Assembly: GCA_009103225.1 (NCBI GenBank)
Contig: RHPI01002272.1
Span: 126,417 to 190,416 of the forward strand
Direction: 5' to 3'
DNA from: Chlorokybus atmophyticus
Taxonomy: Eukaryota; Plantae; Mesostigma and Chlorokybus algae
Length of the DNA: 64,000 nucleotides
Part shown: positions 45,236-55,113 of the stretch, one piece after another
How positions within the stretch are numbered: position 1 is the stretch's first letter
How the letters are laid out: every line of letters starts with the position of its first letter
Program-made: the position numbers and the translations under genes
Notes under the pieces: model-generated
The model's input: only the letters and a program-made list of their open reading frames with translations
What the model was told of the DNA's origin: nothing
The model's database searches: none

Positions 45236-47982
45236 ATGTCAGGCACGACGTCTGGTGGGCGGTCTAGCGACCTGAGTGGAGGCTGGGACAACTTGGACGA
45301 TGAGATCTGGGGCAAAAGTGCTGCTGCACCATCAGATGAGCAGCTCCAGCGTGAGTGGGAAAAATCTGAGGAGACGGCTCACCTCCGTGACCTTGAGACC
45401 ACAGCAATGATGCCCTTGAAAGTGAGCTTACAATGATGTGCAAGCAACCACTCTCGATATGAGCATGTGCTGCCGGAGTCTGTCTCGATTTCTGCCGGAG
45501 TTTGTCTCGATTTCTGAGGTTTGCACAAGAAACTCACACTGTTGATATTGTTGTAACAGCGCTCTAGTATGCAATATTTGCACTGTGCAGGCACTAAAGG
45601 TCCTTCATTGGCGGGGTCAGCATCATACCAGTGATCGCCGCGATATCACAAAGCTGGCGGACAAGGGCCGGATTTGCTATGAGTACTGTCGTTTGCTACC
45701 GGGGAAGACCCAGACGAAGCAGGACCCACTTAAGTTTGCTCTTGCAGTTACATGCAAGCATCTGCTTCACCCAGAGTTCCGTCCTGAAAAGGTTGGCAAG
45801 GTTGTGAGAGTGTCACCAGCTGTCATGCAACATTGTTCAAGCTTGAAGGATTTTGCATTCAGTGGCAGTCACCACTCTGGGCCTGGTGCAGGCAAAAACG
45901 ATAATTTAGGACTTTCTTACCAACAAAAAGGCATATACCAACGCCAAGCACAAAGAAGGGCAGAGAGGGAAGAGTAGGGAACAATACAAGGAGATGATAG
46001 AGCGCGCTGAAGCAGGGGGGTTTGAGCGAAAGCGCAAGGGAGCGCCCAGGGACAAGAGCAACAAGGTGTGTGCCATGCAGTGACTGAGTTGTCTGTGCAA
46101 TGTTTGCATGTCTTAAGTGCCTTTGCCATGTGCATAATTGCAGGTCAAAGACAAGTTAAAGGCAAGAGACAGCTCCTCGCTGCACCACTCTGCCAGCGAC
46201 GCCGAGAATGCCACCTCACAGGGTGAGCTTCGGTTTGGTAAATGACTATGTTGAGAACGAAATGCTTTGTGTTTGATGGTGCCTTATGTATGCAGGGTGT
46301 GTGGTGTGTATGATAGTCCCTTGTGCATGCACGGCGCCCACGCGTTCACCTCCCGCCAGCAACGCCAGCGACGACCCAAATGTCACCTCGCAGCGTGAAC
46401 CATGTTTTGCGCGCGCGGGCCGCTGCGGGAGGTACTGTGTATACACTGTTCTGATCGGTGCCTTGTGCGTGCGATAGGTAACAAGGAAGGCACTGCGCCA
46501 CAACCCACAAGGTCACCCGCTACTGGTTCACAGGTTAGATGTCTGTCATCATTACACGAGCAGCCAAATGCTTGTACTCTCCTGTACATGTCATCATGAC
46601 CGTTCATGACTGCTGTGTTCAGGCACCTGCCAAACAAGATGCTGATGTGCGTGATACCAGCTCAGCTCTCAAGGTATGCAACAACGACTGGAGCAAGTAT
46701 CTAACAAGCATATCTGTTTTTGCAACAGAAACCGCACCACATGTAGACACAACACGCCGCGAATGTCATGGAGCTCATGAAAGAAAAGGAAGGCAGAGGG
46801 CAAGGGAAGCGCAAAGTGTCTGGTGATGTACGCACCACTCTGCTTCACAACAAATGGCACAGCATTACGTTGTGGCTCACAATCTGATGTGCATGCTGTT
46901 GGCAGGAGACTGAGGTGTCAAGCCCCCAAAAGAAAGCAAAGACTGTTCGCTCAATCCCGGCTCCCTACAAGACTAAGGAGGCAGGCCCCTCGACTGGCAA
47001 GCAGGAGAAGATGTTGGATAAAAAGAGCGGCAAGCAAAAGGAGGTATGAAGGACCATCTATGTGCGCTTATAGGCTTCTTGGGTCCTTCTGGTTGCAGAA
47101 AAACTGTCACTGCAGCAGACTCGCATGCATGCCTATCAATTGTAAGCTTGATAACACGGCGTGCCACCTGGTTGCACAGGATGAGCCATCGTATTCAGAA
47201 GTATCCGAAATAGACAAAAGCGAGGACAACGATGAAGATGGCGCCAAGGACGATGCGAACAGCCCCAACGACAGCGACAACGACTCCCAAAAGGCAGTTT
47301 TTTTTTCAAGCGCTATATAGGAGAGTGCATCTGTGTATGTGTCTGCCAGTTGATGTGTTTGTCACTTGCATGCGCAGGAAGACCTGAGCGACAAGCATGA
47401 CACTGCACCGACGATGAAGGTTGGTGATGAAGTCAAGTTGTTCATCAATGGGCGTAAGGAGCCAGTAGGGGAGGCGCACGTAAGCGACATCAAGCCTGTC
47501 AACAAGTTTTATCGCAAGAAGATTGGAGAGGGTGACATGGTGGTCCAGTTCACCCGCAGTCTTCACATCACTAGGACCAGACGTCCTGGTGCAGGGGAAG
47601 AAGAGGTTGTGCCTTTGCCAATCAGCTTCAAGCGTGATGGGGTTGGAGTGCAAGTGACCCACTTGAGAGGTGAGCGATAATTGCGTGCTGACTGTGCGTG
47701 CGTTATGACAACACACTGCGTCTGACGTATTCATGTGTGGTTGATGCATGTGAAGAGTGCGAGGCGGGGTTGTTGCTACTTTGGCCTACTAGGTTGATAA
47801 AGACCATCAAGGTGAGGGAGCAAAGGAAGGCACATCCACACCGCGGGGGAGAGGCCGTGGGAAGGGGAGTCGGGGTGGTCGGGGTGGTCGGGGTGGTCGG
47901 GGGCGAAGCAGCAGGAAGTAGATATTGCCGCAGGAGGTTTCCACCTGCAAGTGCAGCTCTGGGTAGCAGACATGCATTGTAG
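45236..47982 (+). CDS. Multi-exon CACTA ORF2 (TnpA/Tnp1-like C-terminal domain); exon structure only partly resolved
   Basis: First exon ends MMPLK|gtgag. Last exons read VGEAHVSDIKP...IGEGDMVVQF...VVPLPISF...THLR|gtgag...LLLLWPTRLI, matching the V..LP.P...I.WP pattern of En/Spm ORF2 proteins. Confidence 0.6.
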
Positions 47983-48214
47983 ACAGCATTGAATGTGTTG
48001 TTGTAAGTTGGCTGCCATTCAGCTGACATTGCTGGGCTGGCTGGACGGACTGCTGTGAATATTATTAGTAGCACTGCATATATCGGTCTTGTTCTACTTC
48101 ATATCACTTGAACATTCATAGTAACATTGACGGTCGTAAAACAGCAGCTTACCATTGTTCGACTTCATTGCCATTGAATAACTACTCACATGTAGGACTT
48201 AGTGTGCAGGCTAG

Positions 48215-48570
48215 ATCACTATGAGTATTCAAACAATACATGCGTGCATATTCAGTGGTGTAGTACGGTTGCAGCACCACACCATACAGGGTGAATTTTT
48301 AACTCTACTGCAAGTGAAAGTTTTGGGTGACTGTAAGTGTTCAAACAATCCCTGCGTGCATATTCAAGTCTGTTGCAGCTGCCATATGGAATACTACAGG
48401 TATTCAAACGAACCCTGCCTGTGAATGTTCGACGCTTTTGCAAGAGTCTGTCTTGCCTAACTACAAGAATTCAAACGATTCCTGCTTGGATATTCAGTGG
48501 TGTAATACATGTGATGGTCACAGCACTACACCATACAGGTTGAATGTACAGCTCCACTGTAAGTGAATAA
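48215..48570. repeat. Right subterminal degenerate repeats of CACTA-2
   Basis: Four copies of ttcaaac-a/g-a...tgc...atattc and two of tattcagtggtgta...caccatacagg.tgaat. Confidence 0.7.
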
Positions 48571-49069
48571 ATGCCCCACATATAGGACTAGTGTGCAATT
48601 TAATTGCCACAGGGATATTCACCGACAATTACATTGAACAGGCTTTAACACCTTTCAGACCAAACGGTCTGAATATTCACCTCGACATGCAGGAGCCAGG
48701 GACGCCGTCTAGGCTATTCACCCCTGTTTTTGTTGACTATTCAGACCAAACAGTATGAAAATTCACAAATCGGGGGGGCTCAGAATTACCGGTGGACAAG
48801 GAGTCGCCAACATTGTGGCATCGGAGGTTCGGGCATCTCAGCTACGTCAACCTCACTCGCCCTATCGCTGAGAAGATGGTCAAGGGCATCCATCTCAGCA
48901 CTGAAGAACTCAAGAATGCATCAGGTGCACTTTGTGAACCACCTGCCTGATTGCAAAGCAGCATGCTCTGCCATTCCCATCATCCTCTTCTAGCAGTCAG
49001 CATCCTTGCGAGCTTGTGCACATGGATGTCTGTGGCCCTATGCGCATTGTGGCAAAGGGAGAGGCCAGG

Positions 49070-49449
49070 TGTTGAAGGTATTCCTACATCCGGTCAGCTT
49101 GCCCTCTGCAAAGGAATACACAAGAGGACCTCGATGACTCCGGACTGAGTTCGAGCAGACTGCAAAGCAAGGCCTTACAAGAACCGTTGGATTTTGATGG
49201 ATACGAAGCCGAATGACACGTGGAGTAGCTTGTTGAATAGATGTTGAAGTTAGCTACGTGGTGCAACTTACAGCACAGGATTAGGTTGAGTAGATCGTAC
49301 GGTGTGGCTTGTAGACCAGCAGTGTGTGTATCTGGTGCAGAATTTGGCGGGTAGAAGACCCGCGGACTTGTTGCCTTAATATAAGCTGTAGTGTTGTGAT
49401 GTAGCATGTCACCCATGTGCATGTGCTTGTCAACGTGTGTATGTCAACA
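49070..49449. mobile_element. Solo LTR (380 bp) of a different LTR family
   Basis: TGTTGA...GTCAACA termini, TSD CCAGG (49065-49069 and 49450-49454), no internal sequence. Confidence 0.9.
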
Positions 49450-49452
49450 CCA

Positions 49453-49600
49453 GGTACTTTGCTACATTCCTCGACGACTATAGCAAGCTGTCCATCATCG
49501 TTCCATTGACGCTCAAGTCAGAAGTTGGTACTTTGCTACATTCCTCGACGACTATAGCAAGCTATCCATCATCTTTCCATTGACGCTCAAGTCAGAAGTT
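49453..49600. repeat. 74-bp tandem duplication within Copia-2 integrase
   Basis: ggtactttgctacattcc...gtcagaagtt at 49453 and 49527. Confidence 0.92.
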
Positions 49601-51962
49601 GCTGGAGCTGTGCGCACAGTTGTGGCCTTGTTGGAGACGCAGTCTAGCAACAAGATGAAGGCAATGAGGAGTGACCGAGGTGGGGAGTACATCAACAAGG
49701 AGTTGAAGGAGTTCTTCGCCAGCAAGGGCATACGCCACGAGACAACGGCACCCTACACCCCGCAGCAAAATGGAGCAGTTGAACACCTCAATAGGACACT
49801 CTTGGAGCGTGTTGGAGCCATGCTCAACGACACAGAGATGGAAGACAGTATGTGGAAGGAGGCGGTACTCACTGCCAACTACATCCGCAACAGGTCACCG
49901 GTGAGCTTAGAGCGGAAGACTCCGTGGGAGCACTTCTATAGAGCCACACCAGATGTGAGTGGTATGCGTGTGTTTGGATGCACGGCATATGCACTAGTGC
50001 CTAAACAGCTCAGGCATAAGCTGGAGCCGGTCAGCAAGAAGGGCATCTTCGTTGGCTATGAACCGGGTTCCAAGGCTTACAGGATCTTGCTCGAGGACAC
50101 TCAGAAGATCATTGTGAGCAGAGAGGTGGTTTTCCATGAGGGATTATCACAACCAGAAGCAGGCTTCTTTCCTCGAGATGAAGATGAAGCACATCCGGAG
50201 GAACTTCCTACGACAGGGGGAGTTGCAGGCAAGGCCATCTTCGACGATAAGGGTGAGCAGAACTCTACTGTAGCAGACAAGCAGTCGCACCTGTAGCAGG
50301 AGCACACAGCTCGGAGATACCCAATGAGGGGGAGAAAGGCACCTGACTTCTTACACAAGGCACACGTCGCCAGTGTGCACAATGAGGAGCCAAGCACCTA
50401 CGAGGAGGCATTGTTAGCACCAGATGCGGAGCAATGGCAGCGTGCTAATGGACGAGGACATGGCGTCACTCCATGCCAACAACACTTGGTCACTGGAGCA
50501 GTTACCGCAAGGAGTGAAGACCATTCTAGTGAAATGGGTCTTCAAGGTGAAGCGTGATGGTCAGGGCAACATTAAGCGCTACAAGGCAAGACTGGTGGCA
50601 AAGGGCTTCTTGCAGCAGGAAGGTGTGGACTTCAACGAAGTGTTTGCACCTGCAAGTAAGCATACCACCTTCCGTGCACTGCTAGCTATGGTTGCTGCTG
50701 AAGACCTAGATCTGCATCACCTGGATGTGAAGACTGCCTTCCTCTACGGAGAGCTGGAGGAGGAGATCCTCATCGAGCAACCACCTGGACATGAAGAAGG
50801 GGAGAGAGGCACAGCGTGCAAGCTGATCAAGGCACTGTACGGGCTGCGACAGGCACCGCGTATGTGGCACATCAAGCTCACCAAGGAGCTGGAGGCACTT
50901 GGCTTCATCGCATCCTCTGCAGACCCTGGGCTCTTCATCCATGCAGACAACAAGATCTGGCTGCTCGTGTATGTTGATAATATCATCATCACCGCCAGGC
51001 AGGTGCACCACCTGCAGGAGACAAAACTTGCTCTACAGCAAGCATTCTCAGTCCGTGATCTTGGAGAGGCCAAGTGGTTCCTTGGCATGGTGATTGAGCG
51101 CGACAGGGCTGCTCGCACAATCAAGATCAGTCAGGAGCAGATGGTGAGAAGGCTCGTCACCAAGTTTGGGCTCATTGAAGCGAAGACCAAGACCACACCA
51201 TTGGCACTTGGCACTGCCCTCATCAAGGCCAAGGATGAGGAGGTACTCGACAAGGCTCAGTATCCATATGGCGAGCTGGTAGGCAGCATGCTCTATCTGG
51301 CAGTGTGCACACGTTTCGATGTTGCACATGCTGTGGGAGTACTTGCTCGCTACATGTCTGCACCGAGCATGGAGCACTGGAGAGCAGCAAAGGGAGTACT
51401 ACGCTATGTTGCTGGGAGCGCAACGGTTGGCATCAAGTTTGAGAGCGGGAGCACTGAGTTGGAGGGCTACTGCGACTCGGACTTTGCTGGTGACCCCAAC
51501 AGCAGGAGGTCCACTACAGACTACGTCTTCAAGCTGAACGGAGGCGTGGTGAGCTGGAACAGCAGGCTGCAGCCAACAACAGCAGCATCTACATCAGAGG
51601 CTGAGTAAATGGCAGCGGCAGCAGCAGTGAAGGAGGAACTCTGGCTTCACAAGCTCATGGCAGACTCGGAGCACCCTATGGCGTGCATCGTCATCAACTG
51701 TGGCAACCAAGGAGCCATCAAGTTGTTGAAGCACCCTATCGCCTCGGCAAGGACGAAGCACATTGATGTCATGCATCACTTTGTGCGTGACAGAGTCACA
51801 AGGAAGGAGGTGGAGTTCCAGTATTGCAACACCGAGGATATGCTGGCGGACTTCATGACAAAGCCATTGTCATCGCTCAAATTCAAGACTTGTTGCGCAG
51901 GACTTGGCATTTGTGTTTGACTACAGGAGCAAGCGTTGGAGGTCAAGCTGCTCGCGTGGGAG

Positions 51963-52387
51963 TGTTGAGAGTCATTCCTACATACGATCAGCATCAACCC
52001 TCCACACAGGAGTAGAATGTCGTAAGGACGAGCACTAGGTCCGGACTTAGCAAGATGGCGTCGTCGGACCAGACTCCGGACTCCAGACAGGAGCCTTACT
52101 ACCTGCTTTGTATCTCCGCGTATACTTACTCGTATTAGGCGTGTAAGAGCTTGTTGGAAAGCTCTGGTTGTAAGGAAGACAACACAGCTTAGAGCGCGTC
52201 AAAAGGCTGAGTATAGCTTACGCAGTGCTTGCAAACGTAGACGTGTGTGTAACTAGCTGGTATAAGAACCAGCGGACAACTTGTAATAGATGAATGTGAT
52301 GTGACTTGTGTATGCTCTGTTGGCGGTAGCTCTGTCTCTGTGTGTCTATGCTTGCCTCAACTACATGTGCATGCTAGTCCTTCAACA
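51963..52387 (+). repeat. Copia-2 3' LTR
   Basis: Direct repeat of 29155-29579, followed by TSD CTGCT. Confidence 0.95.
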
Positions 52388-52392
52388 CTGCT

Positions 52393-52841
52393 TGCGTAGA
52401 TGCAACTTTCTGGCATTGTTCTTGGCTCTGAAAACGGCTGATAGCTTTTCCCAAGCTTGTCTACCATCTTCACATGCAGTGAGCATGGGAAAGTGATGCG
52501 GTTTGCAGTTTAACACAAGCAAAGAGTGTGCTTCCGCTGAATGCTCTGACCACACAGTGTTCGTTCCTGGTGTTGGTGGTGGTGCCTTCGGATCAACGTA
52601 CTAGTACTTCCACACCTTCTTGTGGATGAGCAAGGCCTTCATCTCCACGCACCATGTGTTGTAGTTGTCGGTGTCCAGCTTTGCAATTTGCCCCTTGTCG
52701 TAGGTCACCTCCATCTCTGTGGTGCCTGCCTTCACGTGCAGTTGACACCCAAGGCTCTGCTACCAACAAGCTTTTGTAGCGTAGAACCACTTATGCACAA
52801 GCTAGTCTCACACTCCTCAAGCGTAGTGTGGGCCCATAACC
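52393..52841 (-). pseudogene. gag: Copia-1 5' internal region (PBS and gag N-terminus), disrupted
   Basis: Continues exactly from the 29154 breakpoint; a 6-nt insertion at about 52598-52607 creates a stop. Confidence 0.92.
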
Positions 52842-53262
52842 TGTTGAAGGACTAGCATGCACATGTAGCTGAGGCAAGCATAGATACACAGAGACAGAGC
52901 TACCGCCAGAGCATACACAAGTCACATCACATTCATCTATTACAAGTTGTCCGCTGGTTCTTATACCAGCCATTACACACACGTCTACGTTTGCAAGCAC
53001 TGCGTAAGCTATACTCAGCCTTTTGACGCGCCCTAAGCTGTGCTGTCTTTCTTACAACCAGAGCTTTCCAACAAGCTCTTACACGCCTAATATGAGTAAG
53101 TATACGCGGAGATACGAAGCAGTTAGTAAGGCTCCAGTCTGGAGTCCGGAGTCTGATCCGACGACGCCATCTTGCTAAGTCCGGACCTAGTGCTCGTCCT
53201 TACGACCTTCTACTCCTGTGCGGAGAGTCGATGCTGATCGTATGTAGGAATGACTCTCAACA
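52842..53262 (-). repeat. Copia-1 5' LTR
   Basis: TGTTGA...TCAACA; about 17 substitutions and 3 indels versus 19044-19467 by hand count. Confidence 0.93.
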
Positions 53263-53310
53263 CATACATCAAGCTCTGTGACAGTCGTCAACGCAAATCA
53301 TTGAGGACTG

Positions 53311-54237
53311 TCAACAATTTGTGCCTATGCGGGCGCAAACTGTATGCAAGCCGGCAAACTGTATGCTGCAAGCCTTGTTGACAGCCCATGTGTGTATAAA
53401 CTGTACTTTTGCTGCAGATGCCAGGTTTTGCACGGCTTGCAATGCAGCGTGCAGGTCGGCGGCGTGCACGCTATCGGCTTCTCGCATCTTCACAAGCGCC
53501 TTAGGCTCAGCGCCGGGAGTCAGGTCCCGGGTGACATTTTGCAGAGGTAGAGGCGGCCGGCCCTGTGGCGTACTTGGTGTTGGCGTATTCGCTGGTGGTG
53601 TCGGACCTGCGACAACTTTTCGCAGACGTTCTCCAAACGAAGAGCCTGATAGCTGCAAGGTTGATAGCTGCAAGGTTCCGGTAGGGGTGGACTGACCAGT
53701 TGATGACGTGGTTGATTGTGGAGTTCCTTCTGTGGCTGCTGGCAGAACCTGGCGCTGCTTTTTGGACGGTGGTGGAGTAAGAGGAGGGGGACTTTCTGTT
53801 CTCCTGGCAGGTAGCTTGGGACTGTCAACACATGGAGGGTCTGGGGCTGGCGTACTGGTGCCAGCTTGCGTACTGGTGCCAGCTGGCGTACTGGTACCAG
53901 GGGGAGGTGCCGGTGGGCCATGGGGATTGTGAGGGGGAGGGGACGGTGGGCCATGAGAGTTGTGAGGGGGACTGTGAGGGGGACTGTCCTTTGGCCTGTT
54001 AGACCGCATGGGCCTTGGACCAGTGGTGGGTGGACGCATGTTGGCACGCTCGAGCCAAGTCCACAGGGGATGCGAATCAATCTCTATATCACTCATGGGG
54101 TTAGCAGGTTCAGGCCTAGCAGGCACCGCCTGAGCCGAAGTGGAAGGCTCGGTCATGGCTTCTAATGCACGTGCTGCATTGTTGGGTCGAGGGGAGTCGA
54201 GGGTCACGCTGTCTCGGACAGCTGCATGGACAGCCAT
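53311..54237 (-). CDS. Pro/Ser/Thr-rich low-complexity ORF, probably transposon-derived
   Basis: 308-codon open frame with short internal repeats (GTSTPA x3, PPHNxHGPP x2); no recognised domain. Confidence 0.4.
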   Translation of the reverse strand: MAVHAAVRDSVTLDSPRPNNAARALEAMTEPSTSAQAVPARPEPANPMSDIEIDSHPLWTWLERANMRPPTTGPRPMRSNRPKDSPPHSPPHNSHGPPSPPPHNPHGPPAPPPGTSTPAGTSTQAGTSTPAPDPPCVDSPKLPARRTESPPPLTPPPSKKQRQVLPAATEGTPQSTTSSTGQSTPTGTLQLSTLQLSGSSFGERLRKVVAGPTPPANTPTPSTPQGRPPLPLQNVTRDLTPGAEPKALVKMREADSVHAADLHAALQAVQNLASAAKVQFIHTWAVNKACSIQFAGLHTVCARIGTNC

Positions 54238-54466
54238 GCTGTGCTGGACATGCTGCTACGCCACCTGTGTAAAGCGTAGCAAAAACAGAAAGATGACCTC
54301 AACCCTCATGGTGACAGGTGCTTCGTGCAGCTGGTGTGCTGCTGCTGGGTAGTACGGGCAGATGGAGTCGGTGTTCTCCCTAAGAACATGCTGTGCTGTA
54401 GCATACAAAGTCAACAAGCCACCCCCCCTGGGCTCTGGGGAAGGTCCCAGCTCCAGAGCTCAGCTG

Positions 54467-55113
54467 CTAATGCAAGTGAGGAGGGCCGTTGGTACGGCAA
54501 TCGTCGCACCAATACTCCTCCATAGGTATCGCGTCCAAAGGTGGCTCCAGGCAGTAGCAATGCAGGCCTTTGTTGCAGCCATTGCAGAGCATCATGAGTG
54601 CGTCGTCGCCGGCGCTGCCGCAGCGTTCACAGCGTGTGCTGCGCGCGGGACGAGGGTGTTGGATACGCCCGAAGCCGGCTACGTAAGGAAGGTGACATGG
54701 CGCACAGTTTACCATGTTGTCCTTCAACCTCTCTCCGTTTTGACCAAGGAGGTCCAGCACCCCTGTGGGGTACACTTTGAGTACCTTGTAGACGGTGCGG
54801 CCTACGGAGGTGTCAAGCATGTCTTTGGTGGCTGCCATGCGATAGGCAAAGTCCCCCGCTTGAAACCGCCGTTGGCGCTCTGTGTAGAAGCCGCTGCATA
54901 CGCGCTCGTAGCGCAGCGTGTCGCGATGCTGCGCGATGCGCAGGTTGTTGAAGGCCATGGGGACGGTGCGCTCGAAAAGCGCGGCGCGTGTGGTGATGTC
55001 GTGGTGCATCCAATCAGGGTCGTCGAGGTTGTTCACGACGCGATCCACCTCCTGCTGCGCACGGAAGGGGAGCAATGGTGGTCGCCCGAACAGCACGTAG
55101 TACGGGCTATACT
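54467..55113 (-). pseudogene. pol: Gypsy-2 integrase C-terminus plus PHD finger
   Basis: YSPYYVLFGRPPLLP...LRIAQHRD...CERCGSAGDDALMMLCNGCNKGLHCYCLEPPLDAIPMEEYWCDDC (C4HC3). Confidence 0.9.

Larger units (their letters stand above)
30948..48794. mobile_element. CACTA-2: 17,847-bp CACTA/EnSpm (CMC)-type DNA transposon with CACCG termini and multiple cargo genes
   Basis: TIRs CACCGGTAATTTTGGGACCCCCCGA and TCGGGGGGGCTCAGAATTACCGGTG (22/25 match); 3-bp TSD GAC (30945-30947 and 48795-48797); removing it restores the Copia sequence GTGAAGGACAAGGAG. Confidence 0.95.
48798..51920 (+). pseudogene. pol: Copia-2 pol remainder, degenerate
   Basis: Integrase, RT and RNase H motifs with stops (50294-50296, 51606-51608), frameshifts, a solo LTR and a tandem duplication. 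Confidence 0.95.
29155..52387 (+). mobile_element. Copia-2, same family, inserted antiparallel in Copia-1 gag; interrupted by CACTA-2 and a solo LTR
   Basis: LTRs at 29155-29579 and 51963-52387 (425 bp each), TSD CTGCT (29150-29154 and 52388-52392), PBS at 29580-29592. Confidence 0.96.
19044..53262 (-). mobile_element. Copia-1 LTR retrotransposon (outer bounds; interrupted by Gypsy-1 and Copia-2)
   Basis: LTRs at 19044-19467 and 52842-53262; internal pieces 19468-22632, 28685-29154 and 52393-52841 rejoin into a copy of the intact Copia-3. Flanks GAACA and CATAC do not form a TSD. Confidence 0.88.

Noticed and set aside
30948-48794. Endogenous giant virus or Polinton as the source of the MTase/OTU/Ulp1 cluster
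   Set aside because: No DNA polymerase B, capsid, packaging ATPase or retroviral-type integrase seen. CAC termini, a 3-bp TSD and a Tnp2 transposase fit CACTA. A viral origin of individual cargo genes is not excluded.
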